A stretch of 60,492 nucleotides of DNA from Sedimentibacter sp. (GCA_017995755.1 JAGOIH010000001.1:1-60492); one strand, 5' to 3'. Numbered from the stretch's first letter, positions 30,396-42,486 are shown. Program-made: numbers and translations. The notes: generated by a model not told the origin, from the letters alone.

Positions 30396-31649
30396 TTAAA
30401 CTTTGGCTATGTCTTTTCTGTACTCCATTTTTTCATAATGAATTTTGGGGATATTTTTATATACCTTGCTTCTTGCCTGGTCTAGTGTGGTTCCCAGAGC
30501 AGTTACGGCCAAAACTCTGCCCCCGTCCGTAACAATCTTATTGTCACGCAGCTTGGTACCGCCATGAAATATTACTATATCATCATCCACATCATTTAAT
30601 CCTGTTATTTCCTTGCCCTTTTCATAGCTTTCAGGATATCCTCCTGAAGCTAAAACTACAGTTACGCATTTTTCATCATTCCACAGCAAATCACACTCTG
30701 ACAAATTGCCATCGATACATTTTGACATTATGTCAATTAAATCTGATTTTAGTCTGGGGAGAACAACCTCTGTTTCAGGATCTCCAAAACGGGTGTTGTA
30801 TTCCAGTATCTTGGCTTGATTGTTTTCAATCATGAGCCCTATGAACAAGACACCTTTAAAATCAATGCCTTCATTTAGAAAGCCCTCCAAGGTTCTGTCT
30901 ATTATGTATTTCCTGATATATTTGTTCAATTCCTCAGTAAATATTGTGTTTGGAGAAAAACATCCCATGCCTCCGGTATTGAGTCCCTTGTCTTCATCAT
31001 ATGCTTTTTTGTAGTCTCTGGCGCTTTCCATGGGTATTATACTTTTTCCGTCAACAAAGCAAAGAAGAGAAGCTTCGGTTCCCCGGAGGAATTCTTCTAT
31101 AACGAGGGTATCTCCTGCATCACCGAACTGTTTTTTGTCCATTATGCTTTTAATTGCTTCTTCTGCATCTTTTATAGTTTCACATATCAATACCCCTTTG
31201 CCTGCAGCCAAACCGTCAGCTTTAACAACAATAGGAGGGTTAAATTTGTGAAGGTCTCCAATTGCATTTTTTGAATCTGTATATACTTCGTATCTGGCAG
31301 AGGGAATTGAGTATTTCTTCATAAAATCCTTTGAATAGGATTTGCTCCCTTCAAATTTGGCTCCGGCTTTTACAGGACCGAATGCCTTTATACCTTTTTC
31401 GTTAAGCATGTCAACCAAGCCTGCTACCAAGGGTACTTCAGGACCGACTACCACCAGGTCAACCTTGTTGTCTACCGCAAATTCAGTTAATTTTTCCAGC
31501 TCATCAGCCTTAATGTCAACACACTCTGCTATTTGAGATATGCCTGCATTGCCCGGAGCACAAAAGAGTTTTGAAAGCTGCTTGCTTTGTTTTAATTTCC
31601 AGCAAATTGCATGCTCTCTTGCTCCGCCTCCAACTACAAGAATTATCAT
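30396..31649 (-). CDS. purD: Phosphoribosylamine-glycine ligase
   Basis: GGGAREHA, KADGLAAGKGV, NTGGMG, RFGDPE. Confidence 0.97.
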   Translation of the reverse strand: MIILVVGGGAREHAICWKLKQSKQLSKLFCAPGNAGISQIAECVDIKADELEKLTEFAVDNKVDLVVVGPEVPLVAGLVDMLNEKGIKAFGPVKAGAKFEGSKSYSKDFMKKYSIPSARYEVYTDSKNAIGDLHKFNPPIVVKADGLAAGKGVLICETIKDAEEAIKSIMDKKQFGDAGDTLVIEEFLRGTEASLLCFVDGKSIIPMESARDYKKAYDEDKGLNTGGMGCFSPNTIFTEELNKYIRKYIIDRTLEGFLNEGIDFKGVLFIGLMIENNQAKILEYNTRFGDPETEVVLPRLKSDLIDIMSKCIDGNLSECDLLWNDEKCVTVVLASGGYPESYEKGKEITGLNDVDDDIVIFHGGTKLRDNKIVTDGGRVLAVTALGTTLDQARSKVYKNIPKIHYEKMEYRKDIAKV

Positions 31650-31657
31650 AGGTCCTC

Positions 31658-33214
31658 CTAATGTTTAAAATGTCTCATATTTGTGAAAACCATAGCTATA
31701 TTGTGTTTGTTGCATACTTCTATGGATTTATCATCATTTAACGAGCCCCCCGGCTGAATAATTGAAGTTATTCCTGCCTTGGCTGCTTCCTCAGCGCAAT
31801 CCGGGAAAGGGAAAAAGGCATCTGATGCAAGAGCTGCTCCCTTTGTGGAATCTTTCCCCAAAAATTCATAAGCATGTTCAATTGCCTGCTTGCATGCCCA
31901 AATGCGGTTTACCTGTCCTGGGCCTATCCCTAGGGACTGGCCGTCCTTAACAATTATGATGGCGTTTGACTTTGTATGTTTTACGATCTTCCATGCCATG
32001 AGCAGATCTTTCATTTCCTGTTCAGCCGGCTTAGCACCGGTTACTGTTTTTAATTCTTCATCTTCAGGCAAGAGTTTTGAATCAATCTCTTGAACTAATA
32101 TACCCCCTGCAACCTTTTTAATGTCGCAGGTATATTCGCCCTGCTTTTGTAATATGTTTTCTATTTGCAGGAGCCTTATATTTTTCTTTGCTTTAAGTAC
32201 CGACAGAGCTTCCCGGCTGTAGGAAGGGGCAGCAATTATTTCTACAAATATTTTATTTAATTCCTCTGCTGTCTTTTCATCTATTTCTCTGTTAAAGGCT
32301 ACAATTCCGCCGAATATTGAAACAGGGTCGGCATCGAATGCTTTTAAATATGCGTCATATATATTGTCGGCAGTTCCTACTCCGCATGGATTTGCATGCT
32401 TGCAGGCAACAACACATGGCTCTTCAAATTCTTTTAAAAGCTCCAAAGCCCCGTTTGTATCGTTAATATTGTTAAAGGACAATTCCTTCCCGTGAAGCTG
32501 GACAGCAGATGCCAACAGGCCTTCAGCATTTTCAACCTCTTTGTAAAATGCGGCTTTCTGGTGTGGGTTTTCGCCATATCGCATATCTTGAATCTTTTCA
32601 TACGTCATTGTGTATGTATCAGGCAGGGAACTATCTTTTCTTTCTTTTTTCATATAGGAAGCTATCAAGGTGTCATAATGAGCAGTATGAGCAAAAACCT
32701 TGGAGCATAAATAAAATTTCGTATCTAAAGAAACTCCCTTGTTCTCCTTTAATTCTTCGAGAACAATGCCGTAATCTTCAGGGTCAACTAGAACAGCTAC
32801 ATCCTGATAGTTCTTTGCTGCAGACCGGAGCATTGTAGGGCCGCCTATATCAATATTCTCTATTGCTTCCTGCCTTGTAACCCCGTCCTTTAATATTGTC
32901 TGCTTAAAAGGATACAGGTTTACAACCACCAGGTCTATTGTTTCAATATTCAGCTCTGAAAGCTGTTTCATATGCTCAGGGTTTTTTCGCATTGCCAGAA
33001 TACCCGCATGAATTTTGGGATGCAGGGTTTTCACCCTTCCATCCAGGCATTCCGGAAAATTAGTGACCTCGGAAATCCCTATTACCTTAACCCCCGCCTC
33101 CTGTAAGGCTCTTTGGGTGCCTCCCGTTGATATAATTTCAATACCCAGATTTTCCAATTCCCGGGCAAATTCAACTATTCCTCTTTTATCTGACACACTT
33201 ATTAAAGCTCTCAT
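31658..33214 (-). CDS. purH: AICAR transformylase/IMP cyclohydrolase
   Basis: [37 protein letters not shown]. Confidence 0.97.
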   Translation of the reverse strand: MRALISVSDKRGIVEFARELENLGIEIISTGGTQRALQEAGVKVIGISEVTNFPECLDGRVKTLHPKIHAGILAMRKNPEHMKQLSELNIETIDLVVVNLYPFKQTILKDGVTRQEAIENIDIGGPTMLRSAAKNYQDVAVLVDPEDYGIVLEELKENKGVSLDTKFYLCSKVFAHTAHYDTLIASYMKKERKDSSLPDTYTMTYEKIQDMRYGENPHQKAAFYKEVENAEGLLASAVQLHGKELSFNNINDTNGALELLKEFEEPCVVACKHANPCGVGTADNIYDAYLKAFDADPVSIFGGIVAFNREIDEKTAEELNKIFVEIIAAPSYSREALSVLKAKKNIRLLQIENILQKQGEYTCDIKKVAGGILVQEIDSKLLPEDEELKTVTGAKPAEQEMKDLLMAWKIVKHTKSNAIIIVKDGQSLGIGPGQVNRIWACKQAIEHAYEFLGKDSTKGAALASDAFFPFPDCAEEAAKAGITSIIQPGGSLNDDKSIEVCNKHNIAMVFTNMRHFKH

Positions 33215-33218
33215 TTTT

Positions 33219-33845
33219 TCACTCCTTAATATTAACTTTTCTTCCGCTTATTTGTATTTTCCCTTCACAGTAATACTTAACTGCCAAAGGCAGTATTTTA
33301 TGCTCTATTTTCAGCACCTTCTGCTGAAGTGTTTCGGCTGTATCTTCACAGCTTACTTCTATGGCTTCCTGTATGATTATTGGACCCGTATCTGCTCCTT
33401 CATCCACAAAATGAACTGTGGCACCGCTTAGCTTAACACCGTAGTTTATTGCTTCTTCATGCACCTTGATGCCGTAATATCCCCCACCGCAAAAGGCAGG
33501 TATCAATGATGGATGTATGTTGATTATACGGTTTTTATACTCTTCTATAAATTTACGAGTTAAAATTTTTAAATATCCTGCCAGTACAACCAGCTCTACA
33601 CCCCGGCTTTTTAACTCGTCAGTAATTGCATCATTGAACTTGTCAAAGCTTTCGTAGTCCTTCTGCCTTACATATACAGCGTCAATACCGTGCCGTCTTG
33701 CCCTTTCCAAACCAAAGGCATCCTTTCTGTTTGATATGACAACTGTTATTATACCATTAATATTTCCCTTCTCCGTATTATCTATCAAGGACTGGAGGTT
33801 GGTTCCCGAACCTGAAATCAATACGCCTATTTTCACCTGTGGCAT
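33219..33845 (-). CDS. purN: GAR transformylase
   Basis: [27 protein letters not shown]. Confidence 0.96.
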   Translation of the reverse strand: MPQVKIGVLISGSGTNLQSLIDNTEKGNINGIITVVISNRKDAFGLERARRHGIDAVYVRQKDYESFDKFNDAITDELKSRGVELVVLAGYLKILTRKFIEEYKNRIINIHPSLIPAFCGGGYYGIKVHEEAINYGVKLSGATVHFVDEGADTGPIIIQEAIEVSCEDTAETLQQKVLKIEHKILPLAVKYYCEGKIQISGRKVNIKE

Positions 33846-34870
33846 ATTTTCAGCCCACCTTCCCTTTTGACAGTTCTTCCAATAACTGCAGGTCTTTCCC
33901 CGACGCTTTTTAACCAGTCCATAACATCATCCAAAATATCTTTTCCAAGAGCCAGAACAATTCCGATACCCATGTTAAAGGTACCATACATTTCGTCAAT
34001 ATCTAGATTTCCTTCCTTTTGCATAAGCTTAAATATCGGCAGTACATTGATATTTTCAGTGTCAATATCTGCTGTTATTCCTTCAGGAAACATTCTTGGA
34101 ATATTTTCGTAAAAACCTCCTCCTGTAATATTTGACAAACCCTTTATTTCAAACTTTGATATCAGCTCAAGTATAAGCTTTGGATAAATTCTTGTGGGTC
34201 TTAATAATTCTTCACCCATGGTGGATCCTAATTCCTCCACATACTGGTTGACATCATAATTTTTATGACTGAAAAAAACCTTTCGAACCAAAGAATATCC
34301 GTTGCTGTGAATTCCACTGGAAGGTATTCCGATAAGAACATCTCCCTCAATTATTTTTGAGCCGTCTATAATTTTCTTTTTATCAACGATTCCAACACAA
34401 AATCCCGCAATATCATATTCTTCTTCACCGTAAAGTCCCGGCATTTCTGCAGTTTCTCCCCCGATCAAGGCACAGCCGGCCTTAACGCAGCCCTCAGCCA
34501 CGCCTTTGACAATGCTTGCTGCCTTTTGAGGCTTCAGTTTTCCTGTTGCAATATAATCCAGAAAAAATAATGGTTTTGCACCCTGACATATAACATCATT
34601 TACACACATGGCAACAGCATCTTCTCCGATTGTGTCATGCTTGTCTGCCATAAATGCAACCATAAGCTTTGTTCCCACACCGTCGGTGCCGGAAACCAAT
34701 ACAGGCTCTTCATATTCGTCCTTGTTTATTTCAAACATGCCCCCAAAGCCGCCAATATTTGAAATCACGCCCTTTGTATGGGTTTTCTTAACATAGTCTT
34801 TTATAAGCCTTACAGTTTCATAACCGGAATTTACATCTACTCCTGAATCTTTATAAGTCAGTTTATCCAT
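33833..34870 (-). CDS. purM: AIR synthetase
   Basis: [30 protein letters not shown]; ATG 34870. Confidence 0.96.
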   Translation of the reverse strand: MDKLTYKDSGVDVNSGYETVRLIKDYVKKTHTKGVISNIGGFGGMFEINKDEYEEPVLVSGTDGVGTKLMVAFMADKHDTIGEDAVAMCVNDVICQGAKPLFFLDYIATGKLKPQKAASIVKGVAEGCVKAGCALIGGETAEMPGLYGEEEYDIAGFCVGIVDKKKIIDGSKIIEGDVLIGIPSSGIHSNGYSLVRKVFFSHKNYDVNQYVEELGSTMGEELLRPTRIYPKLILELISKFEIKGLSNITGGGFYENIPRMFPEGITADIDTENINVLPIFKLMQKEGNLDIDEMYGTFNMGIGIVLALGKDILDDVMDWLKSVGERPAVIGRTVKREGGLKICHR

Positions 34871-34878
34871 AATACCTC

Positions 34879-36279
34879 CTATATTCCGTTGTTTGGCACT
34901 TCCATGGGGTAATCGCCGTTTAAACATGCTTTACAGTAACCTTGTGTTGAGCCTGTTGCCTTTAACAAACTTTCCAAGCTTAGAAAATGTAAGCTGTCAG
35001 CTTCTATATGCACTTTTATTTCTTCGGTTGTTTTATTTGCTCCTATAAGTTTGCTCCTGTCAGGTGTGTTTATGCCGAAGAAGCAAGAATGGGTTACAGG
35101 AGGTGAAGCTATTCGAACATGAACTTCCCTTGCGCCTGCTTCCTTTACCATTTTAACTATCTGCTTGGTTGTCGTACCTCTTACTATGCTGTCATCAACC
35201 ATGACTACCACCTTATCCTGTACAATATCCTTCAATATGCTTAGTTTTGTTTTTACTCCCTTTTGTCTTAATACTTCTTTCGGCTCTATGAAAGTTCTTT
35301 TTGCATATCTGTTTTTTATGATTCCAAGACCATAGGCAATATTTAATTCTGCCGCATAACCCAATGCTGCCGGTGTTCCGGAGTCAGGCACTGAAAATAC
35401 AAGGTCTGCTTTTACAGGTGCTTCCTGTGCCAAAAGCCTGCCTGAATTGTATCTTGTCTGATATACATTTACGCCGTCCAAATTACTGTCCGGTCTTGCA
35501 AAATATACATGTTCAAATATGCATAATTTCTTTTGGGCGTATTTTGTGGTTTTGATGCTGTTAACTCCGTCCTCATTTATAACAACAATTTCGCCGGGCT
35601 CGATATCTCTTATGAATTCACCTCCCATAGCGGCAATTCCGCAGCTTTCGGAAGCTAAAAGATATCCGTCCTCTCTTTTCCCCAGACAAAGAGGTCTCAG
35701 CCCATAGTTGTCCCTGACTCCTATCAGTTCATTTTCCGTCATGATTGCAAATGCATATGCTCCTTTAACTACCTCCATGGTAGTTTGGATGGATTTAACT
35801 ATGCTGCCCCTGTAATGTCTTGCAACCAAATTGACTACAACCTCAGAATCAGTTGAAGTCTGAAATATTACACCTTCATTTTCAAGCATATCTCTCAGGG
35901 ATCCAGCATTCACCAAATTTCCGTTATGGGCTAATGCTATTGACCCTTCCCTGTACCTTGCTACCAGGGGTTGTGCATTTTGCTTTTCGCTATCTCCGTA
36001 TGTGGAGTATCTAACATGTCCTATTGCAATGTTTCCAATTAATCTGTCTATAATTTCCTGATTAAGAACATCTGCAACCAATCCCATATCCTTGTGAAAT
36101 TCGATTTTTTTTCCTGTATTTATGGCAATTCCTGCACTTTCCTGGCCTCTGTGCTGGAGGGCGAACAAACCGTAGTATATCAGCTGGCTTGCTATATCCG
36201 GATTGTCCGTATATACTCCCACAACTCCACATTCCTCGTGCAGTTTATCTTCATTTAAACCGTAATCATCTAAATACAT
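34879..36279 (-). CDS. purF: Amidophosphoribosyltransferase
   Basis: EECGVVG propeptide junction, [22 protein letters not shown]. Confidence 0.97.
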   Translation of the reverse strand: MYLDDYGLNEDKLHEECGVVGVYTDNPDIASQLIYYGLFALQHRGQESAGIAINTGKKIEFHKDMGLVADVLNQEIIDRLIGNIAIGHVRYSTYGDSEKQNAQPLVARYREGSIALAHNGNLVNAGSLRDMLENEGVIFQTSTDSEVVVNLVARHYRGSIVKSIQTTMEVVKGAYAFAIMTENELIGVRDNYGLRPLCLGKREDGYLLASESCGIAAMGGEFIRDIEPGEIVVINEDGVNSIKTTKYAQKKLCIFEHVYFARPDSNLDGVNVYQTRYNSGRLLAQEAPVKADLVFSVPDSGTPAALGYAAELNIAYGLGIIKNRYAKRTFIEPKEVLRQKGVKTKLSILKDIVQDKVVVMVDDSIVRGTTTKQIVKMVKEAGAREVHVRIASPPVTHSCFFGINTPDRSKLIGANKTTEEIKVHIEADSLHFLSLESLLKATGSTQGYCKACLNGDYPMEVPNNGI

Positions 36280-36288
36280 GGTTTCTCC

Positions 36289-36777
36289 TTACATTAATTT
36301 TTCGTTTAATTTTTTGTCTTTTTCAAATACTTTTTCAGCCATTTGTTTTTTGTAGGCCGAAAATTTATGTCTCAGGTCTTCGTATTTTACCGACAGTATC
36401 TGAATAGCCAAAAGCGCCGCATTTTCAGCAGAATTTATGCCTACAGTTGCAACAGGCACTCCCGGAGGCATCTGCACTATTGACAACAAAGCATCCATTC
36501 CGTCCAGTTCCGATGATTTAACCGGTATTCCTATAACGGGCAAGGTCGTGCATCCTGCCAGCACACCTGGTAAATGCGCCGCCTTTCCCGCTGCAGCTAT
36601 AATAAGTTCATAACCGTCCTTGTTAGCATTTCTGGCAAACTCCAAAGCTTCAAAAGGAGTTCTGTGGGCTGATATCACTCTTACTGCTGTTTCTACTCCA
36701 AATTCTTTTAAAATATTGTAACCTTTTTCTACAACAGGAAAGTCTGAATCACTTCCCATAACAATTGCTACTTTCAT
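36289..36777 (-). CDS. purE: N5-CAIR mutase
   Basis: MGSDSD, SAHRTP, AAHLPG, QMPPGVPVATV. Confidence 0.96.
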   Translation of the reverse strand: MKVAIVMGSDSDFPVVEKGYNILKEFGVETAVRVISAHRTPFEALEFARNANKDGYELIIAAAGKAAHLPGVLAGCTTLPVIGIPVKSSELDGMDALLSIVQMPPGVPVATVGINSAENAALLAIQILSVKYEDLRHKFSAYKKQMAEKVFEKDKKLNEKLM

Positions 36778-36787
36778 TTTACCTCCG

Positions 36788-39700
36788 TTATTTAAAGTAT
36801 TTTACTCCGGATTCAAAAATTCTCTGGTCCTTGTTTCCGGGAATGTTTTTATATATATCCTCCTGAAGTCTTTCCGAATGGGACATCTTGCCCAGAACTC
36901 TGCCGTCAGGGCTGGTTATCCCCTCAATTGCCTCTATAGACCCGTTTGGATTATTAAAGCCGTCATAGGTTGGTGCATTGCTTTCATCAACGTATTGAGT
37001 GGCTATCTGGCCGTTTGTTTTAAATCTTTCAATCCATTTTTCATTTGCAGCAAATGCTCCCTCCCCGTGGGACACAGGCAGTAAGTGAATATCTCCCAGT
37101 CTGCATCCCCTCATCCATGGGGACAAATTACTTACAACCTTTGTTCTGACAAATGTTGATATATGTCTTCCGATTTTATTATATGTTAAAGTTGGATAGT
37201 CCTCTTCCATCCCTGTGATTTCACCAAAGGGAACCAGACCTAATTTTATCAGTGCCTGAAAACCGTTGCAGATACCAATAATTAAGCCATCTCTGTTTTT
37301 TAACAGGTCTGTGACTGCATCCTTCAGCAGTTCATTTCTGAATACTGCAGCAATAAACTTCCCTGAACCTTCAGGCTCGTCTCCCGCACTGAATCCTCCC
37401 GGAAATGCAACAATCTGAGACTGCCTTATATGTGAATTCATTTCTTTTATAGAATCCTTGATATCCTGTGAACTTAAGTTTTTAAACACAAATATTTCTG
37501 CTTTTGCCCCTGCTCTATCAAAGGCTCTTTTAGTGTCGTATTCACAGTTGGTTCCCGGAAAAACCGGGATAAATACTCTTGGTTTCGCAATAGATATGGA
37601 AGATTTAAAAGTTTTTTCTTCATTGAAGCCGTAGCTTTCAATCCTTCCTGCACCGTCCTTTTTAACAGGAAAAATACTGTTTAAGGGTTTCAGCCAGGCA
37701 GACTTGATCTCTTCCAGACTTATACAAATGTTACCGGCTGAAATTTCTTTTTCAACGGTTGTTCTTCCTATTTCAATGCTGTCTTCCAATGAAGAAGTAT
37801 TTTCTACCTCTAAAATAATATCACCGTAGCTTGCATCAAACCAATCATCGGCAATTTTAAAACCAGTTCTGAATCCAAGCTCATTTCCAAGGCTCATCTT
37901 GCTTATGGCAGCGGCGATTCCTCCGTATCCTACAGTGTGAGCGCTTAAAACTACTCCTTTTTTTATTGCTTCATGGATTTCTCCATACTTTATTTTAATA
38001 TCTTCAAAATCCGGAATATTATTTTCATTCTTTTTAATCTTTACCAATAAAACACTGCTGTTTGGTTTTTTGAACTCAGGAGTAATAACATCTTTTACAT
38101 TCGCTGCTGCAACTGCAAAACTTATTAAGGCGGGTGGCACATTAAGGTCCTTAAATGTACCTGACATGCTGTCCTTTCCTCCAATGGAGGGAATTTCCAT
38201 CTCATGCTGTACCTTGTAGGCACCTAACAAAGCACTCAGAGGTTTTCCCCATCTTTCAGGCTCCTTGTTAAGCTTTTCAAAATATTCCTGGAATGTAAGC
38301 CGGATATTATTGTAATCTCCTCCCATAGCAACAATTTTGGCAACAGAATGTATTACTGCATAAATAGCGCCATGATAAGGGCTTTCCTTGGAAAGATAAG
38401 GGTCGAATCCATGAGCCATGAGAGAGCAGGTGGATGTTACTCCTTCTTCAACAGGAATTTTTGCAATCATTCCTTCTGCCGGTGTAAGCTGTGTCCTTCC
38501 TCCCATAGGTACTATTACAGATCCCGCTCCTACTGTTGAGTCGAATCTTTCAACCAGTCCTTTTTGGCTTGCAACATTCAAGTCTTTTAAATTTTCAAGC
38601 CAAAGTTCATTTATATTATTATTGTTAAGTTTTCTTTCATATTTTATATTTAGAGGTTCTGAAATTTTTGCACTTGTTTTTTGCCTGACACCGTTTGTAT
38701 CTAAAAAGTCTCTGCTTATATCAAGTATTGTCTTCCCCCTCCATGTCATTTTAAGCCTTCTGTTATCGGTTACCTCTGCCACAACAGTTGACTGGAGGTT
38801 TTCTTCGTGGGCATAGTGGTTGAATTTCTCTGCGTCTTCTTTTCTAACAACAACTGCCATTCTTTCCTGGGATTCGGAAATAGCCAGTTCTGTTCCGTCC
38901 AGCCCCTCATATTTTTTAGGTACCAGGTCCAGGTTTATATTTAGTCCGTCGGCTAATTCGCCTATGGCAACCGATACGCCGCCTGCGCCAAAATCGTTGC
39001 ATTTTTTTATAAGTGTGCTTACTTCTTTTTTCCTGAACAATCTTTGAATTTTTCTTTCCTCGGGAGCATTTCCTTTTTGCACTTCCGAGCCGCTTAAAAC
39101 TATTGATTCTTCCGTGTGTTCAACAGAAGAACCGGTTGCTCCACCTATGCCGTCTCTTCCTGTTCTTCCGCCTAAAAGTATTACAAGATCACCCATAGAA
39201 GGACTTTCTCTTTTAACATTCTCCCTGGGTGCTGCTGCAATAACTGCGCCCAGCTCCATTCTTTTTGCAGTGTAATCAGGGTGGTATACCTCATTTACGT
39301 AACCTGTGGCAAGCCCGATTTGATTTCCGTAAGAACTGTATCCTGCAGCTGCTTCTGTTGTAATTTTCCTTTGAGGAAGCTTTCCTTGAAGTGTATCTTC
39401 AATTTTTTGCCTTGGATCCGCACATCCTGTAATACGCATTGCCTGGTAGACATAAGACCGTCCAGACAGAGGGTCCCTTATGGCTCCCCCGAGACATGTG
39501 GCTGCTCCGCCGAAAGGTTCGATTTCAGTGGGGTGGTTATGAGTTTCATTTTTAAACATTAAAAGCCATTCTTCATTTTTCCCGTCTATATCCACATTTA
39601 TTATAATGCTGCATGCATTAATTTCTTCGGATATTTCCAGGTCATTTAACAGCCCTTTTTTTCTTAACTCCTTGGCTCCTATGGTGGCCAGATCCATTAA

Positions 39701-40510
39701 AGTAACATCTCTCTTGCTTTCATAGACAAATTTCTGTGTATTCAGATATTCATCATATGTGCTTTTTATTTCCTCTGTTATTCTTCCTTTTTCAAATTCA
39801 ATATTTTCTATAACCGTTGAAAATGTTGTGTGTCTGCAGTGATCAGACCAATAAGTATCTATCACTTTGATTTCTGTGATGGTAGGGTTTCTCTTTTCTG
39901 TGTTTTTAAAATATTCCCGGCAAAATAATAAATCCTCAAAGCTCATGGCAAGTCCTGCGTCATTTTTATACTTTTTTATTTCTTTAGGGGATTTATTTAT
40001 AATCTCTACTGTTTCAACATCTTTTGAAGATGGCTGCTCATGGCTTAAGCTAATAGGCTTAGCTATTTCTGCTTCTCTGGAATCAACAGGATTAATGCAG
40101 TAATTCTTGATTTTTTCAACATCCTTATCAGACAGCCCGCCTTCAAGAACGAAAACCCGGGCATATTTAACAAGTGGTTTTTCTTTTCCTGTAACGATTT
40201 GTGCGCACTGGGCTGCAAAATCAGCCCTTTGGTCGTATTGTCCCGGCAGGTATTCCACTGCAAAATAATTGCCTTTTAGGCCGGCATCTTCATAATACAC
40301 GGTATCCTGGTTTGGTTCAGAGAATACAGTTTTTACTATATTTTCAAAATCCTCCCGGTCAATGTTTGATACATCATACCTGTTTAGTATTCTAATGCTG
40401 CTTAATTTATCAATATTCAAGCCTTCCTTCAAACTGTTTAATAAATTTAATGATTCAGTGTTAAAACCCGGTCTTTTTTCAACAAAAATCCTCTTAACAT
40501 CAAAGTTCAT
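36788..40510 (-). CDS. purL: FGAM synthase, fused large form
   Basis: WSDHCRH, ETHNHPT, DFGAGG, GICNGFQ, SHGEG, HSER; ATG 40510 after AAAGGA. Confidence 0.96.
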   Translation of the reverse strand: MNFDVKRIFVEKRPGFNTESLNLLNSLKEGLNIDKLSSIRILNRYDVSNIDREDFENIVKTVFSEPNQDTVYYEDAGLKGNYFAVEYLPGQYDQRADFAAQCAQIVTGKEKPLVKYARVFVLEGGLSDKDVEKIKNYCINPVDSREAEIAKPISLSHEQPSSKDVETVEIINKSPKEIKKYKNDAGLAMSFEDLLFCREYFKNTEKRNPTITEIKVIDTYWSDHCRHTTFSTVIENIEFEKGRITEEIKSTYDEYLNTQKFVYESKRDVTLMDLATIGAKELRKKGLLNDLEISEEINACSIIINVDIDGKNEEWLLMFKNETHNHPTEIEPFGGAATCLGGAIRDPLSGRSYVYQAMRITGCADPRQKIEDTLQGKLPQRKITTEAAAGYSSYGNQIGLATGYVNEVYHPDYTAKRMELGAVIAAAPRENVKRESPSMGDLVILLGGRTGRDGIGGATGSSVEHTEESIVLSGSEVQKGNAPEERKIQRLFRKKEVSTLIKKCNDFGAGGVSVAIGELADGLNINLDLVPKKYEGLDGTELAISESQERMAVVVRKEDAEKFNHYAHEENLQSTVVAEVTDNRRLKMTWRGKTILDISRDFLDTNGVRQKTSAKISEPLNIKYERKLNNNNINELWLENLKDLNVASQKGLVERFDSTVGAGSVIVPMGGRTQLTPAEGMIAKIPVEEGVTSTCSLMAHGFDPYLSKESPYHGAIYAVIHSVAKIVAMGGDYNNIRLTFQEYFEKLNKEPERWGKPLSALLGAYKVQHEMEIPSIGGKDSMSGTFKDLNVPPALISFAVAAANVKDVITPEFKKPNSSVLLVKIKKNENNIPDFEDIKIKYGEIHEAIKKGVVLSAHTVGYGGIAAAISKMSLGNELGFRTGFKIADDWFDASYGDIILEVENTSSLEDSIEIGRTTVEKEISAGNICISLEEIKSAWLKPLNSIFPVKKDGAGRIESYGFNEEKTFKSSISIAKPRVFIPVFPGTNCEYDTKRAFDRAGAKAEIFVFKNLSSQDIKDSIKEMNSHIRQSQIVAFPGGFSAGDEPEGSGKFIAAVFRNELLKDAVTDLLKNRDGLIIGICNGFQALIKLGLVPFGEITGMEEDYPTLTYNKIGRHISTFVRTKVVSNLSPWMRGCRLGDIHLLPVSHGEGAFAANEKWIERFKTNGQIATQYVDESNAPTYDGFNNPNGSIEAIEGITSPDGRVLGKMSHSERLQEDIYKNIPGNKDQRIFESGVKYFK

Positions 40511-40543
40511 AATAACCATCCTTTGTTATCATTTTTCAAAATA

Positions 40544-40572
40544 ATAATAACAAATATAGAAACCCTTGTCAA
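40544..40572 (-). promoter_or_regulatory. Sigma-A promoter of the pur operon
   Basis: TTGACA-17 nt-TATTAT; the -35 lies in the loop of a 12-bp inverted repeat. Confidence 0.65.
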
Positions 40573-40768
40573 CGGTTTCTATATTGTTCTCAATATTAAA
40601 TTAATTCTTTATTCGTTATACTACGAACTTCCGCATATCTGTACTGTCATTCATTTGTATTATTGTGAACATTTAAAAATATACCGACAAATACATCATA
40701 TTTAGCTAAATGTTTTTACCGGTTATGAGTAAGGGTATAGGCAGTCATAGACATTGTCAGGGCATGAC

Positions 40769-40795
40769 AAAAACAGCAGCCGTTTTGGCTGCTGT
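40769..40795 (-). terminator. Terminator after buk
   Basis: ACAGCAGCC/GGCTGCTGT stem followed by a T-tract on the minus strand. Confidence 0.75.
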
Positions 40796-40827
40796 CGACA
40801 TTATTAAATAAGGTTCAGAATGGTTAT

Positions 40828-41895
40828 TTATTCTGTATACTCTCTTGCTTTCTCTTCGCCCCTCATCACCCTCAAGGCACCGTAAGCCAAAGCTTCCATT
40901 TCATTTTCACCGGGCATTATTTCAACATGAGATATAAAAGAAACTCTGTTTTTTATCCAGGAGGTAAGCATCTTAGAATATGCAATGCCTCCTGTGAGAA
41001 TTATAGCATCTACTTTTCCTTCTACCACTGTAGCCAGATCCCCTATTCCCTTTGCAATTTGATATGCCATCGCTTCGTAAATCAGCTTTGCATATTCATT
41101 GCCTTCTTGAATCATTGTCTCTACTTGTCTTGCATCAATGGTATTTAAATATGCCTTCAGACCGCCGTTTCCTCTCAGCTTCCGCTGCATTGTTTTTTTG
41201 TCAAATTTACCTGAATAACAAAGGTTTATCAAGTCTCTGCAGGGAACTCTTCCTGCTCTTTCAGGTGAAAAAGGTCCTTCATCATCAGAAAGCAAGTCTA
41301 CTATCTGACCCTTGTGATGAATATTAATTGATATGCCTCCGCCTAAATGGGCAACAATAATATTTAGATCTTCATATTTTTTCCCGATGCTTTTAGCATA
41401 TTTTATTGCCATAGCCCTTGTATTTAAAACATGGCTCGTGCTGTTTCTAGGTATGTCAGGCATGCCTGATATACGGGCAATGTCAGGAAACTCATCTGTC
41501 ATTACAGAATCATAAATATATGAAGGCACTCCTGCTTCTCTTGCAATATCATATGCAATGGGGGCAGCAAGATTTGACGCATGCTCCATAACAGGACGGT
41601 TTTCAACTCGGTCAAGCATGAGCTCATTAACAGCATATGCGCCTGATTTTACCGGAAGAAGCATTCCTCCTCTTGCAACTACACAAGATAAGTCTTTTAC
41701 ATCGAATTTCTTTTCTTCCAAATATGATCTGACAAATTCCAATCTCATATGAAGCTGGTCTTGAACATCATCATATTTACTGATTAATTCATCTGGATGA
41801 CTTAAACTTTTTACAAATACTTCTTTATCATCTTCATATAATGCTATTTTAGTAGAAGTTGAACCTGTATTAACAACAAATATCTTATAGCTCAT
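40828..41895 (-). CDS. buk: Butyrate/branched-chain fatty acid kinase
   Basis: NTGSTSTK, RGG, HASNL, HLGGGIS, GPFSPERAG, PGENEM. Confidence 0.93.
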   Translation of the reverse strand: MSYKIFVVNTGSTSTKIALYEDDKEVFVKSLSHPDELISKYDDVQDQLHMRLEFVRSYLEEKKFDVKDLSCVVARGGMLLPVKSGAYAVNELMLDRVENRPVMEHASNLAAPIAYDIAREAGVPSYIYDSVMTDEFPDIARISGMPDIPRNSTSHVLNTRAMAIKYAKSIGKKYEDLNIIVAHLGGGISINIHHKGQIVDLLSDDEGPFSPERAGRVPCRDLINLCYSGKFDKKTMQRKLRGNGGLKAYLNTIDARQVETMIQEGNEYAKLIYEAMAYQIAKGIGDLATVVEGKVDAIILTGGIAYSKMLTSWIKNRVSFISHVEIMPGENEMEALAYGALRVMRGEEKAREYTE

Positions 41896-41909
41896 AGCAT
41901 GCCTTCCTT

Positions 41910-42485
41910 TTAAACAGCTTCCATTCCTTTATTGAACGCTTTAATGTTTATATCTACAAATTTTTCTTTTACCTGGTTCCTTATCACAGCTTCCCAGTCA
42001 ATGTCTGTCAATTGCATTGACTTAATCAGGGCACCCAGCAAAACAACGTTCATTACTTTTTGATTCCCTAATTCTTCAGCTATTTCTCCGGCGTTTATGA
42101 CCTTTGTTTTTGCTTTTCCTTTAATCAGCTCAATCAATCCTTCAGGATAATCAGCTTTTCCCATCAATATGGGCGCCGAAGCAATTTGGAAATCATTGAT
42201 TACTACAACACCATCCGGCTTTAAAAATTCAAGCCAGCGAAGTGCTTCCATAGTTTCAAAGGAAACCAGAATATCTGCTTCGCCGATTCCTATAATTGGA
42301 GAAGCGACTTCACTTCCATATCTTACTTGAGTTGAAACGCTTCCGCCTCTTTGTGCCATACCATGAATTTCTGACATTTTTACATCATAACCTGCTTCCA
42401 TAAGGCCAGTGGATAATATTTTACTTACCAATATTGTTCCTTGGCCGCCAACACCCACCAATAAAATATTTTTAGTATCCTTCAT
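41910..42485 (-). CDS. iorB: Indolepyruvate:ferredoxin oxidoreductase beta subunit
   Basis: GVGGQG, SEIHGMAQRGGSV. Confidence 0.92.
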   Translation of the reverse strand: MKDTKNILLVGVGGQGTILVSKILSTGLMEAGYDVKMSEIHGMAQRGGSVSTQVRYGSEVASPIIGIGEADILVSFETMEALRWLEFLKPDGVVVINDFQIASAPILMGKADYPEGLIELIKGKAKTKVINAGEIAEELGNQKVMNVVLLGALIKSMQLTDIDWEAVIRNQVKEKFVDINIKAFNKGMEAV

Positions 42486-42486
42486 T

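Noticed and set aside
40590-40760. Purine or ZTP riboswitch upstream of purL
   Set aside because: No recognisable aptamer core on the minus strand, and the likely promoter is only about 30 nt from the start codon.
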